Virus record (IMG/VR): IMGVR_UViG_3300012007_000009
Span: 96,791 to 160,790 of that record
Strand: one strand, 5' to 3'
From: a virus
Taxonomy: Duplodnaviria; Caudoviricetes
Length of the DNA: 64,000 nucleotides
Part shown: positions 20,254 through 29,654 of the stretch, one piece after another
How positions within the stretch are numbered: the stretch's first letter is position 1
How the letters are laid out: every line of letters starts with the position of its first letter
Notes under the pieces: model-generated
What the model was told of the DNA's origin: nothing
What the model saw: the letters and a program-made list of their open reading frames with translations, nothing else
The model's database searches: none
Translations under genes and position numbers: made by a program

Positions 20254-21768
20254 TTATGCGCTTGCGGCAGGCTCGTACACCCCGAGCATCTCCAGTTCGA
20301 CATCGCGGTCGAACTCCATCTCGTCCCCGGTCTTCCAGGCCATCCCGAACTCCTCCGACGTCATGGTCGGGACGCCCACCTTCCCCAGCTCGTCCTCCAC
20401 CAGCTCCCTGACCCGGTCGGCAAGCCCGGCCTCCACGATAATCTCGTCGTGCACCGTGCAGTACGGGCACCCGACTTCCCGGGTAATCCGCGGTATGGCC
20501 CTGTCGAACACGAAGCTGCTCTCGACCCGCTGCATCTCCCGGGCGAGCGCCGCGTAATTCCCCGCCTTCATCCGCTCGATGGCGAGCAGCATGCACGGGA
20601 AGTGCTCGGACCACACCCTACGCACCGCGCCCTTCATCGGGTCGCCGCCCTCCGTGAACACCGGCCCGAACAGGGTGACGAAGAACGCGTGCTTCGCCTC
20701 TTCCCTGCCGACCTCGCGGTCGAGGTCGAAGTCCTGGGACATCTCCGACGCGAAGAACTCGTAGAGCCGGCCTTCCCTGACGAGCCCCTCGTACCTCCCG
20801 CATTCCTCCAGGTACGCCCCGCGGTCGCGTATCTCGGCCCTCGCCCTCAGCTCCCTCAGCGACGGCGACTCGGTCAGGTCCAGCGCGGCGCACTCGTCGG
20901 CCAGGCTCCGCATTATCGTTCCCAGGAAGGCCCCCTGGCTGGACTTGATGTCCACGCCGGCGGTCGGCTTCCCGTCGCAGTACAGGCACTCGGCCCGTAC
21001 CTCCTTCTTGAGCTGTGTCACGTTTGTGTGTATTCGCCCGAACCTGTCCTTCTTCACGAACAGCGCCCCGGGGTCCTCGTTCACGGAGTTGAACCTGTCG
21101 ACCTTCGCCAATTCGCGGCGCTTCCGCTTGGCGGTCATGGACTTGTCCGCGACAAGCCTGTCCAGCACCTTGACCGCCCGCTTCCTGTCCAGGGAGAAAT
21201 GGGACAGGCCGTCGTGGCAGGCGCCCACCCTCGGGTCCAGCATCTGCCTGGCCTTCACGTCGGCCGCGCACAGCGCGAGCCTCTTCAGGAACGGCCTGGA
21301 CTTGACGGGGATTCCCCTCGTCCTCCCGTACTTCCTGGTCTCGCCCGTGACGTCGCCCATCCGCCTCTCGCGGCTGTAGCAGTACTCCTTCCAGTAGTTC
21401 ACGTAGGGCCACCCGAACCAGAAGGCCTTGCTCCGCCCCCTGGTCTTGCCGTCACCCGGGAGGTACGAGAAGCTCCTCCCGATGAAGCCCCAGTTGATGA
21501 GGTCCTCGAGCACGGATTTGTAGTCGTTCCCTATGGCCGCGTGCAGGTAGACCGCCTGCAGGTTGCAGTGCCAGGTCCTGGTATCCACCTTGCCGCCCAG
21601 TATCCTGGCGTCGTGGTAGGCCCTCTTCAGCTGCCTTGCCACGAGGTGCAAGACAAAGAGGTACTTCTCCCTGCGCCTTGCGCACCCCGGGAACTCCTCA
21701 AGCTTCTGCCTGAGGGGGGCGAGGAAAACCTCGGGTACTCTCATCTTGTACTCGAACCTGGGTGTCAT
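20254..21768 (-). CDS. Family-A (PolA/T7-RNAP superfamily) polymerase-fold protein lacking exonuclease domains; candidate primase/replication initiator
   Basis: FGRIHT, motif A GVDIKSSQ, motif B REEAKHAFFVTLFG, motif C TVHDEIIV; ATG at 21768 lies 7 nt after a TTGACG-17-TAATTT promoter (the track start at 21894 is likely too long). Confidence 0.75.
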   Translation of the reverse strand: MTPRFEYKMRVPEVFLAPLRQKLEEFPGCARRREKYLFVLHLVARQLKRAYHDARILGGKVDTRTWHCNLQAVYLHAAIGNDYKSVLEDLINWGFIGRSFSYLPGDGKTRGRSKAFWFGWPYVNYWKEYCYSRERRMGDVTGETRKYGRTRGIPVKSRPFLKRLALCAADVKARQMLDPRVGACHDGLSHFSLDRKRAVKVLDRLVADKSMTAKRKRRELAKVDRFNSVNEDPGALFVKKDRFGRIHTNVTQLKKEVRAECLYCDGKPTAGVDIKSSQGAFLGTIMRSLADECAALDLTESPSLRELRARAEIRDRGAYLEECGRYEGLVREGRLYEFFASEMSQDFDLDREVGREEAKHAFFVTLFGPVFTEGGDPMKGAVRRVWSEHFPCMLLAIERMKAGNYAALAREMQRVESSFVFDRAIPRITREVGCPYCTVHDEIIVEAGLADRVRELVEDELGKVGVPTMTSEEFGMAWKTGDEMEFDRDVELEMLGVYEPAASA

Positions 21769-21874
21769 CGGTCCAAAATTATTCAAAATCCGCCATTCCG
21801 TCAAGGAGTTTATCCGGGTTTCGCCACCCCTTCCCGGGATTCCCCCGTCTTCCCCCGGGCCCCTACGGGGTCCA

Positions 21875-22011
21875 CGCTCCGCCAGGTCACACAAGTCCTA
21901 TAGATATGTTTAACGTTTTGAACCCGGTTTCCCGGAAAACCCGGTGGTGGAGGGAGGACCATGAGGGTCGCTCCGCCCAGTTACCTACAAGTCCTATAGA
22001 TATGTTTAACG
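21875..22011. repeat. Two direct repeats: identical 25-bp core ACAAGTCCTATAGATATGTTTAACG (21891-21915, 21987-22011), each preceded by CGCTCCGCC
   Basis: Read directly; 96-bp period; intergenic between divergent genes. Confidence 0.92.
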
Positions 22012-22049
22012 AATCGGACAGGTTTCCCGGGGTTTTCCGGGAATTCCCG

Positions 22050-22078
22050 TTGACTTCCCGGGGGAATCTTGCTATATT
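22050..22078 (+). promoter_or_regulatory. sigma70-type early promoter TTGACT-17-TATATT with extended -10
   Basis: Consensus spacing; ATG at 22085 is 6 nt after the -10. Confidence 0.7.
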
Positions 22079-22084
22079 CTCGGT

Positions 22085-22528
22085 ATGGATTCTACAGATT
22101 ACAAGAAGCTCAGCGCGGCCAGGCTGGTGCTGTGTCCCGCGACGGACGTTTCCGCCGGGGTCACCTCCGGTTCCATGGGCTACCTGCTGAACACGAACAT
22201 GCGTGGCGGTGTCGAAATGGCCAGGGACGGCGAGGCGCCGGAGCTGGATGGCGACGCGGTCGAGTCCGGGAAGTTCCTGGACGCCCTGGACCGGGCCGTC
22301 AGGTCCTATCTCGACGACTGCGTCAGGCTGCTCTATCTCAAGAAATCATCCAACGCCTTCGCCGAGACTGGCTTCAAGTTCATGCCGCAGCACCCGTACA
22401 GGGTGGTACTCTGGACTGGCAAGACGGACGGCGGGTACGAGTTCTCGTTCATGCCGCTGAGGGATGCGGGGAAGGTATCTTCCGACACCGTGTCTCCCGG
22501 TGCTTACCGGTGCACCCAGGCCGTGTAG
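22085..22528 (+). CDS. Hypothetical protein, 147 aa
   Basis: ORF directly after the promoter, same codon bias as neighbours. Confidence 0.7.
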   Translation: MDSTDYKKLSAARLVLCPATDVSAGVTSGSMGYLLNTNMRGGVEMARDGEAPELDGDAVESGKFLDALDRAVRSYLDDCVRLLYLKKSSNAFAETGFKFMPQHPYRVVLWTGKTDGGYEFSFMPLRDAGKVSSDTVSPGAYRCTQAV

Positions 22529-22540
22529 GCCGGAGGCTGA

Positions 22541-24397
22541 TTGCGTATGGAACAGCAGTTCGGGGTAACGGTCACATTCGACAACTATGACGGCGTGCTC
22601 GCCAAGATGCACGTTACCGGGGAGAATCCCAACGCGAACCGGGAGGTCCTCCGCTATACCCTGGCAACGCTGACGTACTACGACAAGTCGAGGAAGTACA
22701 CCTGGGCCGCCAAGCACGGCTACGACGACTGCCTGGTCAAGTTCTTCGACGGGAGGAACCGGACGCTGCCCATCGGTCTCATCCCGAGGCTGTCGCACTA
22801 CCTGCGCGACGCCTTCCAGGGCCAGGTGTCCGTGAAGATAACCAGGGCGATACGGGAGATGTTCACTCCCCCGTTCGGGCCGGTGCCGATAGAGACCGTG
22901 CGCGAGTTCGAGAAGACGCTCAACATGTACGACCGAGGGAAGTTCCTGGAGAAGTCCGCGGAGAATCCCGCCCTGCAGAAGGAGGACTTCTCGCTGAAGA
23001 TGTTCGAGCACCAGGAGAAGATTGTGCTCGAGGCGCTGAACAGGCGCAGGGTCTCCATTCTCGCATGCACCAGCTCCGGCAAGAGCATGTCCATGATGGT
23101 GATAGCCCGATACCTGATGGAGCGGGAGAACAAGAAGGTGCTCGTCATAGTTCCCAACGCGGCGCTGGTGAAGCAGCTGTTCCGCAACTTCCGTGACGAC
23201 TACGGCTGGGAGGAGGCGGGAGACTACTGCACGCAGATTTACGGCGGGTCAGCCGACAAGATTTCCAAGAAGAAGCTGGAGGAGCTGAAGCGCCTGTCCA
23301 TAGGCGAGGAGGCTACCCTCAAGCAGATTACCATATCGACCTGGCAGTCGCTCCGCCTGAAGGACGACTCGTACTTCAAGGTGTTTACCGCGGTGCTGGT
23401 GGACGAGGCGCATTCGGCGAAGGGCGAGGAGCTGCGCAACATCCTGGCGAAGTGCGTCAACGCCAACAACTTCAAGGTCGGGTTCTCCGGGACGCTCCCG
23501 GATGCCGAACTGGCGAACGATAACGTCTCCAACCACATCGATGCCGGGTACATCGAGGGCGGCCTCGGCCCGAAGCTGGACGTTGTCCGGCTGAAGGAGC
23601 TGATTGCCAAGGGGATACTCACGCCGCTGGAGGTGAAGGCAATATTCGTCCCGTACCCGATGCCGCTCCGGCCGGCCATCTGTGCCGACAAGACCCGGTA
23701 CGAGGATGAGCGGGCCATCGTGTGCGAGAACAGTTCCCGCAAGGACGTGGTCGACATGCTGTTCACGGGGGGCAGGATTACCGGCGAGCAGAACACCGTC
23801 ATCCTATTCAACTACAAGGAACACTTGCACGAGTTCTGCGACTTCATGAAGGAGAAGCACCCGGGATACACCTACCATGTCGTCGAGGGCGATGTCGGAA
23901 TCGACGACCGGGACGACATAAGCCTTGCCATGGAGAAGTGTACCGGGAACGTGCTGATAGCGACCTACGGCTGCATGAAGCAGGGCGTCAACATCAAGCT
24001 GCTGCACAACCTGATACTGGCGGAACCGATGAAATCCGCATACACCATCGTGCAGTCGCTCGGCCGAATCGTCCGCAGGCACCCGGACAAGAAACTGGCG
24101 ACGACGTACGACATTGTGGACGATGCCGCCTACTATACGAACCCGCGCAACGGGGGACCGGGAACGCGCAAGTACAACTACATGATGAAGCACTACTACG
24201 AACGGGTCAAGTACTACGCCAACGAGGAGCTCCCCATAGAGGAGATTCATCTCGACGGGCTGTACGAGGCCCAGGTGACCCCCGACGACATCAAGAAGCG
24301 CAGGGAAAAGGCAGCGGCCACGGCCGCCAAGCAGCAGGCCAAGGGCCAGGGGAGGACATCCCGGGCAACCTGGCAGAGAACAATGTTCACACGATAG
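22541..24397 (+). CDS. uvsW: UvsW-like SF2 DNA helicase
   Basis: HQ...CTSSGKS Walker A, VIVP, VDEAH, GFSGT, QSLGRIVR, YDIVDD. Confidence 0.9.
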   Translation: MRMEQQFGVTVTFDNYDGVLAKMHVTGENPNANREVLRYTLATLTYYDKSRKYTWAAKHGYDDCLVKFFDGRNRTLPIGLIPRLSHYLRDAFQGQVSVKITRAIREMFTPPFGPVPIETVREFEKTLNMYDRGKFLEKSAENPALQKEDFSLKMFEHQEKIVLEALNRRRVSILACTSSGKSMSMMVIARYLMERENKKVLVIVPNAALVKQLFRNFRDDYGWEEAGDYCTQIYGGSADKISKKKLEELKRLSIGEEATLKQITISTWQSLRLKDDSYFKVFTAVLVDEAHSAKGEELRNILAKCVNANNFKVGFSGTLPDAELANDNVSNHIDAGYIEGGLGPKLDVVRLKELIAKGILTPLEVKAIFVPYPMPLRPAICADKTRYEDERAIVCENSSRKDVVDMLFTGGRITGEQNTVILFNYKEHLHEFCDFMKEKHPGYTYHVVEGDVGIDDRDDISLAMEKCTGNVLIATYGCMKQGVNIKLLHNLILAEPMKSAYTIVQSLGRIVRRHPDKKLATTYDIVDDAAYYTNPRNGGPGTRKYNYMMKHYYERVKYYANEELPIEEIHLDGLYEAQVTPDDIKKRREKAAATAAKQQAKGQGRTSRATWQRTMFTR

Positions 24398-24406
24398 GAG
24401 AAATGT

Positions 24407-24832
24407 ATGGAAATCAAGGTACAGTATCTGGACGAAACGGTAAGACGCCTGGAAGTAAACGCCAAGGGCGACTGGATTGACCTGTACGCGGCGGAACGGA
24501 CCGAGCTGAAACAGGGCGAACATGCACTGGTGCACCTGGGCGTGGCGATGAAGCTGCCTGACGGGTACGAGGCGCACCTGGTCCCCCGCTCTTCTACCTA
24601 CAAGAAGTGGGGGATTATCCAGGCCAACCATGTCGGCATCATAGACAACTCGTATTCCGGCCCGAACGACTGGTGGAAGATGTCCGTCATAGCCATGAGG
24701 GATACCGTAATCGAGAAGGGTGACAAGATTTGCCAGTTCAGGATTGTCGAGCGGCAGCCGGAAGTCACATTCGTCGAAGGCAGGATGGACGGGGAGGACC
24801 GGGGAGGGTTCGGTTCCACCGGTTCCAATTAA
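24407..24832 (+). CDS. dut: Trimeric dUTPase
   Basis: IDL, PRSS, GIIDNSYSG, KICQF, RGGFGSTG motifs. Confidence 0.95.
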   Translation: MEIKVQYLDETVRRLEVNAKGDWIDLYAAERTELKQGEHALVHLGVAMKLPDGYEAHLVPRSSTYKKWGIIQANHVGIIDNSYSGPNDWWKMSVIAMRDTVIEKGDKICQFRIVERQPEVTFVEGRMDGEDRGGFGSTGSN

Positions 24833-24852
24833 GTTTACCTCCTGAGAGAAAC

Positions 24853-24881
24853 AAGGGCGGACCGGTAACGGCCCGCCCTTT
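24853..24881 (+). terminator. Hairpin terminator followed by late motif TATAAACT (24885-24892)
   Basis: AAGGGCGG...CCGCCCTT stem. Confidence 0.6.
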
Positions 24882-24899
24882 CCGTATAAACTGGGAAAT

Positions 24900-27800
24900 A
24901 TGAAAGACTTTGCCCGCATAATCATGGAAACTCACCTCGACGACAACTTCGCCAGGGTGCTGTACGAATCCCTCGCCATATTCGAGGCTACGAACATCAA
25001 CAAGGCATTCCTCCTGAAGGAGGCCGGGTCCCCGGAAGCGCTGAAGGCGGCCAAGGACAGGGTGAACAATGCATGGGAATCCGCCCACATGGATGGCGTC
25101 ATCAAGGGGGGCAATCTCCTACAGAAACTGTTCAACTTCCTTTTCCTGATGGAAATCCGCAAGCCGGGGTTCACCAACGAGGAAATGCTTCATAAGATTC
25201 ATGACCTGGCAATACACGGGTCCCTCGAACAGAGATTCCTCTCCAAAGTCACATCGGACACGGTCCCGGATGAGGCCAGCGCGATACTCGACGATGCCAG
25301 TGTCGGGGCGGAGCAGGCGGCGAAGCCGTATCCGTCACTGACCAAGGAAGAGGAGAAGGTGTGGAACCGCGTCAAGGTGTATCACGAGTTCCCCGACGGG
25401 TTCAAGTGGGTGTATGCGGTGGACGCCGGCGGCAGGATTGCCCCGAACATGCCGTCTTCAATCACCAGCAAGACCATGCACCATTGCGGGAACTCCCCGC
25501 GTGCCGGTTCCGACGACCAGTACTGGGAGCTTCGCGATGCCAGCGGCAAGGCATACCTGACCGTAATATTGACACCCACAGGGAAGATAGAGGAGTCAAA
25601 ATCCTGGGGAAACCAGGAAAACAAGTACCGCAGGCAGATACAGCCTTACGTGAAGTGGTTCCTGAAGGACCAGAAGGTAACCGGCGTTGGGCACAGGTAC
25701 GACTATGGCTATGCCCCGCAGATGAACTTCGGCGTCAAGGATTTTATCGGCGATGACCCGGAATTTATCGATTACGTGATTGAGAACAAGTCCGAACTCC
25801 TGGGAAATACCGAATCCAGGATTCTGTTCTGGCAGGATGCAATCAAGGAAGGCGTCCTTACTACGGAAGACCTGAAGAATGCATACTTCGAGCGGGCATC
25901 GGTACGCGAGCTGATGGAGAAGGTGCCACAACTGAAGGAATACGCCGAGCGGGCCAGGTTCCACCTATCGGCGGACCGGTTCTCCAGCGAGGACTCGATT
26001 TTCGGGCGGAACCCGTTTGTGGTCATTTGCGCGGCGTGTTCCGGAAACCCGTTCACGCCGGAGGAAATAGATAGGCTAGTTAGTGAAGGCACCCTGTCAC
26101 TCGAGGAATTTGCCAACTATGATGTCCACCTTCTCACTCCCGAGATACAGCGAGTTTTCGTCAAGCACGACGCAAGAAATTTCGACACCCTATGTAGGAT
26201 AGGCGAACAGGTTGCGGCCTTCAAAGTTTCCCCCGAATTGTGGATGAGCCTTCTACCCGACAATGACGAGCCATTATCGTCGGATATGCTTGGCAGGTCA
26301 ATGAGGCTGCTGGACTACGTGTATTCAGCCAATCCGCCCAGCAAGGTAAAGACTGAAGCCGAGGCCATGATAAGCAACAGCAAGTTCATTGATATGGCTG
26401 CTGACATTGTACGGGGTGGCGCACCCGAAACGAGGGAAAAGTATGGGTGGGGGGCGCCGCGGCCGTTGACACTGTTGGAGAAACTTTCGGTTGTTTTCGA
26501 GAGGTTCCCTGAAATGGCCATCCCGGAAAAACTGATGGATTGCACGTGCGACTTGATACAAGATACACACAGGTCAACTGACCCGAGAGAAGAGCTTTCG
26601 AACAACATGAGTATCCTGCGCGATGTGGAACGGATAGGACAACCGAGAAACGAGCGTCTCCTTGCTCTATATACGGATGACCGCATTGCCGAGAAGTTCT
26701 TTGGCACATCGGATATAAGCGGGAGGGAACGCATCGACTATGCCGATATGAAGGAGTGCTTGTATACCCTAATAAAAGTATTCGGGAAGACCCGGATTTT
26801 GAACATCGCGTCCAGGATTCCCGATTTTGAAATGCTGCAGGGGGCTTTATTTGTCCTGACCGGTTCCGCCAACCAAATAACGGAATCCATGCTCGGTATG
26901 GTAACTGAGTGCATTGAAGAGTGGGATTTGCATGAATGGTTGTCCTTAGCGACCTTGCCGAAAGCCATGATGGTAAGCGACCTGGTGGTAAACTTTCCAA
27001 GTACACTGAACGCACTTGACTGGGACAAGCCGGACACCTACAATGGTATATCTCAAGTAGCCAGCAAGATATGCTCACCCATATTTGCCGAAACTGGATT
27101 GAGCGCGGATAAGGTTAACGTATTCATTGACCGGGTATGCAACGAGGCAATTGACCACATCGATGTATCGTACATTGGATGGTTGATGGGGCGGTATTCG
27201 GGCGGGTTGAATAAGACACTCATGACCTTAATGACAAGTTATTCGGTAAAGCCGGATGGAGCAGAACGTCTATATCGGGCGATGGGCGACTTGATGCTGG
27301 GGAATTTCGGGCAGACCGAGATGGGGTATGATACGTCATGGTTCAGTATACCGGGTGCTTGGAGCATATTCACTATCGGATACGACGAATGGGAGGAGTA
27401 TTACGGGCGATATGGCTTCAGGTTCGTCAACGCGTATGTTTTGAGCGCACCGTCCGACCGGTTCGTTGAGGACGACTTCATACTGAACTTCGTATGCAAG
27501 AAACTGCAGGATAATGTACCCGAGACTGATATAAGGGCATTTACCCATATAATGGATGGCTACGAAAACCGAGCAAAGAAAGCAAAACTGGGTGCAGTCA
27601 TATCGGATGCGGTCGTCGACGGGAACTTCGATGCGACAGAAACCGTATTCATGCATCTGTACAAGGACCGGTTTATCAACGCCAAGGCATATCGTACCTA
27701 CCTCTCGAGGCGTGACGACCAGGGGGCTATGGAGGTAAAGGACCTCTCTATGGCCGCCGGGGTTGTGCAGTCCATGCGAAGCATCGCAAAGCTTCATACC

Positions 27801-28217
27801 CTTCCGCAGTTGGTCGCGTCGACTGTGCGGTACCTGGTGGGCAGGTTGTATGACAACATGGGTGACGGAAGCGGAATGTACATGAAAGTTGATAGCAACT
27901 GCATTGACGATTGTGATGTGCTGGAACAGCTGATTGACCAGTTGACCCGAAAGGCGACAGTCGGTTACATTCCGGCCGCAATAATGGCTCTGTACAGTGA
28001 AGGCCTGGTCGATAAGATGCGGGTCTTCGAACAGGCGAACCTGCAGGCATGTGACGTTCCCGGGAAACCCAAGGCACCGCTGAAATGCATAGTCAGCCAG
28101 AAGCTCAAATCGATGGTCGGCATGCTTGAGCGTGTCAAGGACCGGGCACAGGATGCCGCTGCCAAGATTGTCGATAAAAAGCCGAGGAAGCCGCGCAAGG
28201 CGGCAGCTCGGGCATAG
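24900..28217 (+). CDS. Large late protein, 1105 aa, with PcfJ-like segment (tentative)
   Basis: MHHCGN...YWELRDASGKAYLTV; N-terminal LYE|S and IFE|A; basic C-terminal tail. Confidence 0.8.
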   Translation: MKDFARIIMETHLDDNFARVLYESLAIFEATNINKAFLLKEAGSPEALKAAKDRVNNAWESAHMDGVIKGGNLLQKLFNFLFLMEIRKPGFTNEEMLHKIHDLAIHGSLEQRFLSKVTSDTVPDEASAILDDASVGAEQAAKPYPSLTKEEEKVWNRVKVYHEFPDGFKWVYAVDAGGRIAPNMPSSITSKTMHHCGNSPRAGSDDQYWELRDASGKAYLTVILTPTGKIEESKSWGNQENKYRRQIQPYVKWFLKDQKVTGVGHRYDYGYAPQMNFGVKDFIGDDPEFIDYVIENKSELLGNTESRILFWQDAIKEGVLTTEDLKNAYFERASVRELMEKVPQLKEYAERARFHLSADRFSSEDSIFGRNPFVVICAACSGNPFTPEEIDRLVSEGTLSLEEFANYDVHLLTPEIQRVFVKHDARNFDTLCRIGEQVAAFKVSPELWMSLLPDNDEPLSSDMLGRSMRLLDYVYSANPPSKVKTEAEAMISNSKFIDMAADIVRGGAPETREKYGWGAPRPLTLLEKLSVVFERFPEMAIPEKLMDCTCDLIQDTHRSTDPREELSNNMSILRDVERIGQPRNERLLALYTDDRIAEKFFGTSDISGRERIDYADMKECLYTLIKVFGKTRILNIASRIPDFEMLQGALFVLTGSANQITESMLGMVTECIEEWDLHEWLSLATLPKAMMVSDLVVNFPSTLNALDWDKPDTYNGISQVASKICSPIFAETGLSADKVNVFIDRVCNEAIDHIDVSYIGWLMGRYSGGLNKTLMTLMTSYSVKPDGAERLYRAMGDLMLGNFGQTEMGYDTSWFSIPGAWSIFTIGYDEWEEYYGRYGFRFVNAYVLSAPSDRFVEDDFILNFVCKKLQDNVPETDIRAFTHIMDGYENRAKKAKLGAVISDAVVDGNFDATETVFMHLYKDRFINAKAYRTYLSRRDDQGAMEVKDLSMAAGVVQSMRSIAKLHTLPQLVASTVRYLVGRLYDNMGDGSGMYMKVDSNCIDDCDVLEQLIDQLTRKATVGYIPAAIMALYSEGLVDKMRVFEQANLQACDVPGKPKAPLKCIVSQKLKSMVGMLERVKDRAQDAAAKIVDKKPRKPRKAAARA

Positions 28218-28238
28218 CGCAATTGCTATATTTGGTGC

Positions 28239-29615
28239 ATGGCTAAGAAGAAATCAGGAGCGGCAGCACTTTTCAGCGAGCCGCCGGTAACGAGTTATCC
28301 CTTTGTAGACAACCGCCTGGTCGTCGTAGACTGGGCTTCACTGTCGTACCATATGTTCTATTCCATAGCGTCGGACAAGAACAGGGCCAAGTACGGCCTG
28401 GTTGACGCCGAGGGGGAGCTGGAGCTGTGGCGTACCAAGATGATAACCCGCATAATGGACTACGTGGCACTGTTCAACCCGAGGCACCTTGTATTCGCCC
28501 TGGAAGGGAAGGCCGCGTGGCGCAAGAAGTTCGTCGAGGACTACTATTCCGACAAGGCGGAAATATACTGGAACAAGGTCGAGTATTACGTGGCGTCGGA
28601 CAATTTCCTGTACATGGTGCAGAAGGCCAATGGTGGAGGATATGCCGTTACCAAGCTGAAGGCAGCCGACAGGGCCAAGCTGAGCGAACTGAAGCACAAG
28701 AAGCTGAATGAGATGCCCCCTGACCGTCAGAAGATGTTCTGGAGTATACGTACGGCGACCGGGAAGCCGATTCTTCCGTCATACAAGGGACACCGTGCCG
28801 CCAAGGAATGGACATTCTTCACGGACAAGAAGGTATGGGCGGCCTATCGTGAGCAGTTCGCCATGGAACTCGCCCCGCTGTTCAGGGCGAGGGCGATACA
28901 GTGCTTCCACGCCGAGGGTGACGACGTAATCTACTCCACCGTACAGAAGTATGCCGGTGAATGTGACGACGTTATTGTCATTACCCGAGACTCCGACATG
29001 GCGCAGATTAAGACCAGGAACGTGAGGATTTTCAACCACCAGACTGATACGTTCATAGTCAAGGACGACCCGGTGAAGTACCTGGACCACAAGGTCCTTA
29101 CCGGGGACGATTCCGACAACATTCAGGGAATGGCTTTCGTCGACCCCAAGACAGGAAAGTTCAAGGAAGGCAAGGAGACCCAGCTTTCCGATGTCGGCGC
29201 CACCACTTTGCTGGAGTCCTGCCCGAATGTATACGAAGCTGCCAAGAACAATGGTTGGGATGACCAGTACATGAGGAACCGTACCCTCATCGACCTGTCC
29301 AGGGTTCCCGATGATGTCAAGAAGGAAATCGACCACTGCATGGACATGGCCCCGGAACCTGAGAATGTAGCCGGGTTTGAACGTCTGGATTTCTGGGATG
29401 TGCCTGACATGATACGGTCCAACTATCTCAGGCTGCAGTCCACCGGGTTCTATTGCGTGAATTCAACGAATTCGGGCGTCGCCTTCAACGCGGGCATGTT
29501 CACCAAGTACAAGGCGGCTGCTGAAAAGCCGAAAATCGAGCTCGGGGATGATGTGGTGACGGCCGACAACATCGGCCTGGACGCCGAATTATCGGACATA
29601 GACGTGATTTTCTAG
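28239..29615 (+). CDS. rnh: T4 RNase H-like 5'-3' exonuclease (FEN family)
   Basis: VVVDW, WRKK, YKGHR, EGDDVI, TRDSDMAQ, GDDSDNI, RNRTLIDL; TTGCTATATT promoter at 28223-28232. Confidence 0.9.
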   Translation: MAKKKSGAAALFSEPPVTSYPFVDNRLVVVDWASLSYHMFYSIASDKNRAKYGLVDAEGELELWRTKMITRIMDYVALFNPRHLVFALEGKAAWRKKFVEDYYSDKAEIYWNKVEYYVASDNFLYMVQKANGGGYAVTKLKAADRAKLSELKHKKLNEMPPDRQKMFWSIRTATGKPILPSYKGHRAAKEWTFFTDKKVWAAYREQFAMELAPLFRARAIQCFHAEGDDVIYSTVQKYAGECDDVIVITRDSDMAQIKTRNVRIFNHQTDTFIVKDDPVKYLDHKVLTGDDSDNIQGMAFVDPKTGKFKEGKETQLSDVGATTLLESCPNVYEAAKNNGWDDQYMRNRTLIDLSRVPDDVKKEIDHCMDMAPEPENVAGFERLDFWDVPDMIRSNYLRLQSTGFYCVNSTNSGVAFNAGMFTKYKAAAEKPKIELGDDVVTADNIGLDAELSDIDVIF

Positions 29616-29654
29616 TCCATATGGTATAGTTTACCTCTCAAAGAGGTATACATT

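Noticed and set aside
20254-21768. Main replicative DNA polymerase
   Set aside because: Too short and has no proofreading domain; T4-like phages use a family-B enzyme, presumably encoded outside the window
18902-21903. Long plus-strand ORFs (551 and 560 aa)
   Set aside because: Antisense to genes with clear motifs and promoters; stop depletion is explained by high GC3
21875-22011. Possible mini-CRISPR array
   Set aside because: Only two copies, a 71-bp spacer and no cas genes in the window; better read as binding sites
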